From contig CM097885.1 in the NCBI GenBank assembly GCA_044892525.1, forward strand, positions 139,190,001 to 139,254,000: a stretch of DNA of 64,000 nt. Direction: 5' to 3'. Numbering within the stretch: position 1 is the stretch's first letter; the number at the start of each line of letters is the position of its first letter. This DNA comes from Schmidtea polychroa (lineage: Eukaryota). The notes under the pieces are model-generated. The model searched no databases. It was not told the origin of the DNA and saw only the letters and a program-made list of their open reading frames with translations. The position numbers were made by a program, and so were the translations under genes. Of the stretch, positions 54,834 through 64,000 are shown piece after piece.

Positions 54834-55992
54834 TTGGGCTGTCCAAAAAGTAATGAGCTTTTATTATCAAAAATACTTTATTTTTTTATGTTAGAAGAAA
54901 TTTTATAAAACTATATTTGTCCATCTTTCAGGTAATTTAAAGATTCCATAAGTATAGAACTGTACTGTTTTTGACTAAAAAACTCCTTCAGATACCTTTA
55001 ACATTAACACAATTTGTAAACGATGTTCCATACAAGGATCTCGGAATAAGTGGTTGTCTGATTGTTTAATAACTGGTGAGTATGGTGGTGAGGAGTAACA
55101 CATTTCAACCAAGCTCGTATAGCTTAGTTCGAGTTCTCGAGGGAAAATGAGTTCTCGTGCGTCTTGATAAAGGTTCGTCTTTTCTGTTTACCATTTCGAT
55201 CGTTTTTTTAATGTTTTGATTTATATTATCAAGTTTCCAGCAATAGACAACAGAATCAACTTTTTGGTACTGTGTTAGACGTTCATAATATACCACTACT
55301 GTATAATCCTATCAAACAGCATAAGTTTTTTTTTATGAATATTTGCCCATAGTGTGCATTATGGAGGATTATTTGAATGTCCCCAAGGTCTTTTATCATA
55401 GACTATCCACTTTTCATCTCCTGTAATACTTTGTCTTTGAAACGGTATGTCTTCATCTAGTTCTCTGAACATGTCGCAGACAAATTGTGAGAAATTGTAC
55501 AGGGAATCATATATCAGTTTAACCAAATGATCGTATATCGTGCTATATTTGGAACACCTATCTTCTCTGCTAATCCATGAGTAGTCAACCTTGGATTTGC
55601 ACATTAAAACATAACCTCAATCTATGTCTTGATCTTACTATCATCAACTGCGTTAGAAATCCCCATCGAAATCTCTGAATTTAACAAACCATCTTCTTAC
55701 TGTAGATTTATTAACCGCATCCTTTTCATAAATATTTGCAACTTTTCTCCTTGCTCCAGCTACGTTCTCACATTTTTATAGTAAAAAAAATATAATATGC
55801 CGAAAATGCATTCTTTGAAAGCTGAAAAATAATAATGATTTATTATTAATGTTGATAAAATATTTATAAAAAATTGATATGGACACTTTGTTATGGCATA
55901 CAGACTAGTCAATTTGTACTTGCGTACTGCGATCTAAACAGATTGTTGAAAACACTATATGCAAAACGTACATTACTCTTCGGACAATCTTT
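54834..55992 (-). mobile_element. mariner element, near full length, decayed transposase
   Basis: TIR TTGGGCTGTCCAAAAAGTAATG with a degenerate partner CATTACTCTTCGGACAATC. Minus-strand ITGDEKWIVYD, VYYE..L...DS..YC..LD and HTH STVRRWFVKF. Confidence 0.88.
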
Positions 55993-56499
55993 TAGTAAAG
56001 TTTGATTTTTTTTTAATATATTTCCAAGTAAATTGCCTTTTATATATATAAACAAAAAATCTTTTTAATATTTTATTAATAGTATTTACCGCTATTAAAA
56101 ATCATATCTAATGAATTTACGAGTCTGTTTTTCAGTAATTTATCATTGTAAGACAAGACATTTCCGGAATATGGTTAATTTTCTTTTCATTGTTAATTGG
56201 GAGATTTTTTTCTGTAAAATATTTTCTAAAATTTCTATATTGTGTATTAATATTTAGAAAAACACAGATTCTACTAGTTGGGTTTTATTTTTAATTTCTT
56301 TCAGTCCAGTCTGATCGCCTAGCATCAGACTGCTTGGAGACGGATTAAATGGCATTCTTTTTGTAATTGTACAATGCTTTACCATGCGGATTTCTCCTTG
56401 AATTACGCACAAATATTAATTTTGAAATCTATTTAAAATTGTAAATTATATTTTTATTTCATAATCTAATTTTAACTTTAATTGAATCCCTTTTGAAAC

Positions 56500-56527
56500 C
56501 AATAAATAATTAATAATAATAATAAAT

Positions 56528-56590
<63 letters not shown>
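56500..56590 (+). repeat. (TAA)n microsatellite
   Basis: More than 25 TAA units with one interruption. Confidence 0.95.
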
Positions 56591-56593
<3 letters not shown>

Positions 56594-56624
56594 TAAATGA
56601 TTTTGTATTAAATAAATATAAATA

Positions 56625-57327
56625 CATTAGACTCCCTATTATCCGAGTTAATAGTGGGGAGAGGCAGTACTGATAATCGAGAAACACGGATAATCTGAAC
56701 TATGTTTTTTTCTTTTCAAAATAATACATATTATACATTTCTAAAGTAGGCAATTATTTTAACCGGTTTCGTACTCATTATTTATTAAGGAAATTTGGAA
56801 TTTTGGTTTGTTTACAGGAATCTTTTAATGATTTTCTAATATCATTACGAATTTTCCTAAGAGCTATTATATATTTATATTTTTTATATTTTTATATTTT
56901 TTATTTTTCTTTCCTTTCGGCCTCATTCTCTTTCACTTCTGGTTGAATGAGATTGGAAATAATATCCGTGATACTCATTATTTGAAAACCTGGTTCACGT
57001 GAATTATAGTTTAAGTTTGGTTTTGTCACCGCGGTTAATCGAAAACCGAAAACCAAATTTACAATCACTCTTCAATATTTACCATATCAAGGTTTTCAAA
57101 GCAATGTAAATTTACTATTAGCTCACAGTTCAGATATTTCACTTGTTTCAGGGCTGAAAGAATCCAAAAAATCTTATTTTTATATTCGTTAGAATAATAA
57201 AAAAAAATCAATGCTTTAAATAAATTGTATAATTCGTAAATATGAAAGCAAGCTAATATTTTTAAAAAAAATACATGTAATTATTTTTTAAAATTAAATT
57301 CATGCACGTATAATCGTGAGTCTACTG
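56625..57327. mobile_element. Tigger-like MITE, ~700 bp, degenerate
   Basis: TA+CATTAGACTCCCTATTATCCG and CGTATAATCGTGAGTCTACTG+TA form an imperfect TIR pair. Confidence 0.6.
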
Positions 57328-57334
57328 TATAGAT

Positions 57335-57942
57335 CAGTGATTCCCAAACTTTTTTTTGTCGGCGGAACCACAACAGTTAAAAAGGTCAAAAATTAGAATT
57401 TAACCCTTTAATGTACGTGTATAGCCGTCATGCCTCTTACCACAACTTTTCAGTTGTAATGGGTGTCATGACGGCAATACACGTCAAAATGTGCATCATC
57501 ATTTTATGATTAGATTATTATAATTACTGCATTTCTTTCATTTTGCTGTTTTCAGAATTTCATTATCTTTAAAAATTTAAAAGATATGGCAAGTGACGTT
57601 CTGGGAACAGCAACTAAAAAAGTGCGTCCACGAAAGGGGTAAAATATAATTTTGTTTTAGTAGTTTTAATGAGCGGCATGACATTGACTTTCACAGCAAA
57701 TTTTGACAATTCTTGAAACACTGTTGTACAAAGCGATAAAATTATTTTGAAGCCAAAATTCGAATATCGAAAATCCAATATAAAAACTTTATATCAAAAT
57801 CCATTAAATGTAAAAGTTTAAATTTACCAAAAGTGTATTTATCTTTTTTTTAATACTCTTATTTTTAATAAATTCCTAAAATTTCTGATAATATCTAGTG
57901 TCAGAGCTCGAAATCTCGCGGAATCTCATTTGGGAATCACTG
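57335..57942. mobile_element. hAT Charlie/Buster-type MITE, 608 bp
   Basis: Perfect 14-bp TIR CAGTGATTCCCAAA and perfect TSD GTATAGAT (57327-34, 57943-50). Confidence 0.95.
57404..57638. mobile_element. piggyBac-like MITE nested in the hAT MITE
   Basis: TTAA+CCCTTT ... AAAGGG+GTAA, with an internal inverted repeat ACGTGTATAGCCGTCATG / CATGACGGCAATACACGT. Confidence 0.55.
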
Positions 57943-59769
57943 GTATAGATAAATAAAATTATCGATGTTTTTGATATATTTACTGATTCACAGTCATTCT
58001 TCTTAATAAATACAATGTCAATTGAAAAGAAATCAGTGGTGAAATTTGAAAAAAAAGTTCTTATAATAAATAAAATTATTAATATATATGTAATATAAAA
58101 AGTAGTAAAAACTAAATAAAGAAAATTTAAAAAAATAATTATTAATTAATTTTTCATTTTTAAAAAATAAATATTTATCAGAAAAACAACAAAGGAAAAA
58201 ATCAATAAATCGAATAGAAGCAGGATAAAATAATCAGTGGCTTGATACTGTTTGGGATTTGTGATGAGATTTCTAAGAGGCGTTGAGATTTCTCCATTGA
58301 TGAGACATTGAACAATTGAACAGCTGTTTAATTGGAGTCATTTAAATCCATCATTTCTGAAGGTTTTTAATTCGACATTGTAAATAGTAAATTTAATTAG
58401 TCGATTCGTGATTGGGAATTCACCACCCCCCCCCAACACATGCGCATTCGTTGGGCTTTGAAACAAATAATAAATTCTGTTGCTAATATTTCATTTTCGT
58501 TGTTCATTTGAAAGGAAAATAAAATTATGATTTCATTTTCCAACGTTTCGCCTGATTAAGAATTTTATTGGTATCTTTATTATGATAAGCAATTCGCTTT
58601 GGCAAATTCAATTAAAACAATTTGCATAATACTCTGATAATATATTATTATTGTCATAAATTCGAATCATTAGAGAAAATTTAATTACAAACTGTAATTT
58701 AAAAACAAGGAAAATTCGGGATTATGAATTCCAAAATGCGGTGGAAAGATTCATGGATAGCATTTTGACCTCTTGAGCCCATTTGTTGTGTCTTGAAAGT
58801 CTTATATATTTTGTGCATTTTATTATATTTTACGATATGTATTCAGTCAATGATTGTATGGTAAATTATTCTTAAATTTGCGACCCTCCAATTAAAGTGT
58901 TATGTCATACCAATATAGTCCATTAGTTTTTCTGAATAAGTACTTAGAACAATCCAAACTTTATTTTGTCAACTTTTCCTCCGATCAAGCTAGATATAAG
59001 ATTAATTGTCCTCAGTGTTCTCTATTTTTTCATATTTCCAATTATGTGTTATCATGAAATTGGTCCTTGAAGCACCAAACTATCTGTTCTCTATTTTGCT
59101 CTTTTTTTAATTATTTAATACCCATTTCTTGGTTTACCCTTTATTTCAATCAAATTGTTTACAAATCTATATGCACTATGTTTTTCTTCAAAATAAATTC
59201 CTTATATTTCTTTCATTCATTTTTTCATTATTTCTGTTATTTTTAATAACCCTTAAACGTTTTTTGGAAAATCTACAATTTCCCTGTGCTTTAAATTTGT
59301 TATTTGAAAGGGGAAAGTTAAAACTAATAATTAAATGCATCAAAAACATTCTGCAGTATAATATTTAATTTGCACTATAATATTTAAATACACTATATTA
59401 ATCAGGTATGCACTATAAATAACATTGTTACACTATAAAAATCTTTTAAATGCACTAACAAAATCTTTTATAAGCACTAAATTAATTTTTAAATTAAAAT
59501 TAAATTAAAAAATAATCTATTACTTTTAAATAGTTATTAAATTAAATTTTTTTTTAATTATTATAAATTACAAATATATTATTCAATTCACAATTAATTT
59601 ACAAAAAAAAATACAAATATAGTAATAGTATATATTGTCAGGCCCGGTTTTAGGCATAGGCGACGTCGGCAGCAGCCTAGGGCGCCGATTTACAAGCGGG
59701 CGCCAAATAGTTCTGCTTTTTTTATCAAGTAAATTAAATATTTTATAAACTTTCTATCTTTATATTGAT

Positions 59770-59971
59770 NNNNNNNNNNNNNNNNNNNNNNNNNNNNNNN
59801 NNNNNNNNNNNNNNNNNNNNNNNNNNNNNNNNNNNNNNNNNNNNNNNNNNNNNNNNNNNNNNNNNNNNNNNNNNNNNNNNNNNNNNNNNNNNNNNNNNNN
59901 NNNNNNNNNNNNNNNNNNNNNNNNNNNNNNNNNNNNNNNNNNNNNNNNNNNNNNNNNNNNNNNNNNNNNNN
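59770..59971. other. Assembly gap (N run) inside the hAT element
   Basis: 202 N. Confidence 1.
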
Positions 59972-60340
59972 CATCGTTGTTTTAGTCCGATACCGATTAC
60001 TTATTTCTTTTAAAATTTAAAAAAATACAACGGAAAATCGATTTAAAAAAATATTTTGCAAGTTCAAAAAAGTTAACTGAAAAGCGGTTTTAAAAAAAAT
60101 TTAGCATATAGCATGCTCTGAAATTTTTTTAAATTACGCAATAATTTTTAGTTTTATTTTAAAAGAATAAAGTCACATGCAGTAAAGTTTTAAAAGACTA
60201 AAGTAAATGTTAAAAAAGTTAAAAAATAAATAAACAGAAAGTGAAAAAAAAAATAAAATTTAATTAGTGCAGGGCTCAAATTTTTTTTATTTAAAGTATA
60301 TATAATTTCGGTCGTACTTCCAGTATAATTTTTACATATA

Positions 60341-60908
60341 CAGGGTGGCCCAAAAAAAATGGGAACACTAAATTTTTTAAATGAAATTAAAAAAATATAA
60401 AGAAGAAAAGCAAATATTTTAAAATTTAAATCTAACTTTGCAATGCGTTGAATTGAAGATCGCGAAATACCAGTTTCTTTTTGTATTTCTCTAGGACTTT
60501 TATGGCTGTGTGGATTATCTTCTTGACTACAAATCATCTCATTAACAACCTCGATATTTTCTGTTGTTCTAATTGATCTTGGTCTTCCACTTCCATGTTT
60601 ACGATTTAAAGTCGTATTGTTGTCAATTTTTCTAATTAAGCGACTAACAGTGGATTTACTCCACAGCTTATTTGGAAATTCATTTAGTATTTTTCTTGCA
60701 CCCCATCGCTTTTCTAGTCTTATAATTTTTATAAAAAATTTTATATCTTCAGGTGTAAGTTTTGTCATTAAGGATATTTTAAATATTTGAATTTATCGAA
60801 AAATAGAATAAAAAATCTTAGTATTATTTTATCAATATTATCATTCTGCATTAATTCATCATTTTTTTAATTAAATAAAAATGTTCCCATTTTTTTTGGG
60901 CCACCCTG
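60341..60908 (-). mobile_element. Tc1/mariner (maT/DD37D-like) internal-deletion derivative, 568 bp, encoding only the N-terminal DNA-binding region
   Basis: Perfect 28-bp TIR CAGGGTGGCCCAAAAAAAATGGGAACA(C/T) region with TA flanks. ATG at 60768 gives ...STVSRLIRK...GSGRPRSIRTTENIEVV..SQEDNP...SPREIQKETGISRSSIQRI. No DDD/E domain. Confidence 0.92.
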
Positions 60909-60999
60909 TATACAACACAGTAATTTAATTTATATTGGATTTTTCTACACCTATTATTAAATCTATTATATTCTATTAATTTTTACTTGAGGTAGCATA

Positions 61000-63650
61000 A
61001 TGGCAGATAGAAAAAAATTATCTGGCGCACAAAATAGAAAACGTAAAGCTGAAAAGAAAAATGAAGAAAAAAGCAAGAAGGTGCTTTTCTGAAATATATT
61101 TGTCGTCAACAATCACAAGATAAAAATCGAAATGAAATGACTCCGAGAAAACAAGTATACTGCAATTTGGAAGAGCAAATGGATAGGAACTCTACAACTA
61201 GAAATGCAGAGGTGCCTATTTTGACTGAGTTTCCACATACGAATGTGGAAGAAACTATAGAAGAAACTGAAGTTGAAACAATTGAAGAAACTGTTGAAGA
61301 ACCTATAGAAGAAATTGTATTAGAAACTTTAGAAGACACTGAAGAAATTTTAATTAATGAAACTTTGGAAATATTAGAAAGCGTAAATTCGAGTCTTGAT
61401 TATAGTGATCCGGCAACTTGGTTAAATTCACATGACTTACGTTCTGGCCGTTTGAGGCAAATTTTGGTTGAACACGGACCAGAACAAATTGAAGAATTTG
61501 ATTTTCCTCAAAATGAGAGCCATAGAAAATTTTCAATGAATTTTTATAGAAGGAGACTTGCAAATGGAGAAGAAATGCGGCGTCATTGGCTACAGTATTC
61601 CAAAACAACTAATTCGGCTTTCTGCTTTTGTTGCAAAATTTTTAATAATAACCAGCGTGTAATACATCTCTCCGATAAAGGATCAAGCGATTGGAAAAAT
61701 ATGTCTGTAATTTTAGAAAGACATGAGAAAAATAAGGATCATTTAATTAATTTTCAAACTTGGAAGGAGCTAGAATTGCGTTTAAAAAAGAATAAAACTA
61801 TTGACCAGGATAATTTGCGTCTCATAAAACAAGAAGAGAGACACTGGCAACAAGTCTTAGAGCGTCTTATAGGTCTAGTTAAAGTGCTTGCTACGCAAAA
61901 TATTGCATTTCGCGGAAGCAATGAAAAATTGTATTCTCCTGGAAATGGAAACTTCCTTAGCTTTGTAGAATATTTGGCCTCTTTTGATCCAATTATGGGT
62001 GAGCATCTTCGCAGAATAAAGAACAATGAAACACAAGTTCATTATTTGGGAAAAGATATTCAGAATGAGTTAATACAACTTTTATCTAAGAGTATTAAAA
62101 CAAAAATTTTAAAATCGATTTCCATGGCTAAATATTTTTCAATAATCCTGGATTGCACACCAGACGTTAGCCATACTGAACAAATGACGTTGATTATTCG
62201 TTTTGTCCATACAAATACAGAAAATTGTGATTTAGATCCCATATGCATAAGAGAACATTTTTTGGGATTTGTGAAACTAACAGATACAACTGGTGCTGGT
62301 ATGACCGATGAAATCGTTCAGATGTTAGCAGATATGTCATTACCTATTGAGAACTTGCGTGGCCAAGGATACGATAATGGTAGCAATATGAAAGGCAAAG
62401 AAAATGGCGTGCAACGGCGAATTCTGAATCTAAATCCACGAGCACTATTTGTTCCTTGTTCTGCGCATTCTTTGAATCTGGTTGTTAATGACGCTGTAAG
62501 CTGTTGTTTAGATGCTACATCATTTTTTATGTTAGTGCAACGAATATATGTCTATTTTGCCGCTTCAACACGTCGATGGGAAGTTTTAAAACGTCATGCT
62601 TCAAACTTGACAGTGAAGCCATTGAGCGATACAAGATGGGAGAGCCGAATCGATGCCCTTAAACCTCTACGCTATCAGCTAAGTAAAGTTATTGCTGCAC
62701 TTATTGATATTTTTCAAGATACTTCTCAAACAGGAGTTTCTGGTAATACTTCACGTATAGAAGCACAGGGCCTTGCTAAAGCTATTTCGAATTTCGAGTT
62801 TGTAGTTTCTGTTATTATCTGGTATGATATTCTTTTCAACATAAATATTACAAGCAAACAACTTCAATCTGAGAAAATTAATATTCAAGATGCTATGAAG
62901 CTACTAGAAGATACCAAAAAATTTCTATTCAACTCCCGAAATGATGAAGGTTTTGAAAGAATATTGGTAGATGCGCGAGAACTTGCTGAAGAATCAGAAA
63001 TTTCCCCAATCTTTAAACAAACTCAGCGTATCAGAAAACAAAAAAAACAGTTCGAATATGAAGCCAACGATGAGCCCATTCAGAACCCAAAAGAAAAATT
63101 TAAGATCAGCTTTTACTTCGCAGTTTTGGATAGAGCTTTAAAATCTGTTGAGCAAAGATTCACCCAAATGTCAACGATAAATTCAACATTTGGATTTCTA
63201 TACAACATACATAATTTGCAATATATTTCGTCAAAGAAAATATTAGAGGATTGTCTTAAACTGGAAAATTTTTTACGGCACGATGATTCTAAAGATATTG
63301 ATGGTACAGATTTATTGAACGAATTGATATTTATAGCTAGACATATTCCAAAAAACTTATTGCCGGAAGATGTACTTAATTATATTTGTAAAAATAATAT
63401 AGTGGACAGCGTTCCAAATATATTTGTTGCTTTGCGAATTTTATTAACCCTACCAGTTTCTGTGGCAAGCGGTGAACGAAGCTTTTCGAAGCTTAAACAG
63501 ATCAAAACATATATAAGATCTACAATGTCACAAGAACGGCTTGTGGGATTAGCAATATTGTCGATTGAACACGAAATGGCGCGTGATATAGATACGAAGT
63601 TGCTGCTTGAAGATTTCGCTAAACTAAAAGCACGAAAAATTAAATTTTAA
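61000..63650 (+). CDS. hAT transposase (TTF-type Zn finger, DDE, dimerization domain); 837-aa ORF 61137-63650, probable true start 61000 with one frameshift
   Basis: AFCFCCKIF/RHEK..H Zn finger, ILDCTPD, GQGYDNGSNM, CSAHSLNL, TRWESR and SVASGERSFSKLK. MADRKKLSGAQNRKRK at 61000 joins in frame if one base is added at the A6 run ~61068-73. Confidence 0.93.
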
Positions 63651-64000
63651 ATGGTTTTTGTTTTTATATATATTTTTGTGTAATAAATAAATGAAGTATA
63701 GTTATTTTATTTTCATTTACTTCTTTAATTATTGGGTTTGTTTCTAGACTAGAGGCGCCATTTTTTTAGTTTGCCTAGGGCGCCAAATACTCTAGCGTCG
63801 GGCCTGTATATTGTTAATAAGAAATAAAATAAAAAAATACAAAAAGAATATTGTATTAAATGCGAAGACAATTATTTATTAATTTGACAAGTTAAATAAG
63901 TTTTTAAGCTTTTTTTGAATTCAGTAGCATCTACCACTAGTGCTGCTGCTGTCAAAGTGGGTCTTCCTCGACTACGTTTTTTTTTCTAATGGTTTGTTGA

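Larger units (their letters stand above)
59639..63806 (+). mobile_element. hAT (Tip100/ZMYM1-like) DNA transposon, full length
   Basis: TIR CAGGCCCG/CGGGCCTG, subterminal GCCTAGGGCGCC at both ends, and a perfect TSD TATATTGT (59631-38, 63807-14). Confidence 0.96.

Noticed and set aside
56478-56687. Poly-Leu ORF
   Set aside because: Antisense translation of the (TAA)n microsatellite.
33825-59974. ORFs spanning N runs (33825, 39135, 39166, 49738, 59690, 59765)
   Set aside because: Artefacts of translating assembly gaps.
60190-60400. C-terminal hydrophobic tail of the 192-aa ORF as a transmembrane fusion
   Set aside because: It arises from read-through across the deletion junction and TIR into AT-rich hAT flank. 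There is no evidence it is functional.
61106-62248. Short minus-strand ORFs within the hAT transposase
   Set aside because: Antisense shadows of the real ORF. The S/T-rich one mirrors the acidic repeat.

Overview
Very AT-rich eukaryotic (metazoan invertebrate-like) genomic DNA, not prokaryotic. It has four N gaps and short spliceosomal introns of 46-56 nt. Bases 1-~10670 are a 79-bp satellite array with higher-order structure. The rest is mostly transposon debris: pogo/Tigger, mariner and Tc1/maT-like elements, several hAT elements and MITEs with perfect 8-bp TSDs, TTAA-specific piggyBac-like MITEs, two decayed Ty3/Gypsy elements and Penelope-like (PLE) relics. Only two host genes are supportable: an AP-1 sigma subunit (AP1S-type, last exon not found) and a secreted C-type-lectin-domain gene. 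One hAT element (59639-63806) is nearly intact. The most unusual signal is a set of minimal hammerhead-ribozyme-like motifs in PLE-like relics. One has a canonical core (49141-49180, minus strand). A second family has a compensatory U3:A8 core (UUGACAA...GAAA), and its copies form fold-back palindromes (39350-39454, 41909-42060) with turn points at the predicted cleavage site or in the catalytic core. All calls were made by eye without tools. The supplied ORF track uses non-ATG starts and most of its short ORFs are spurious.
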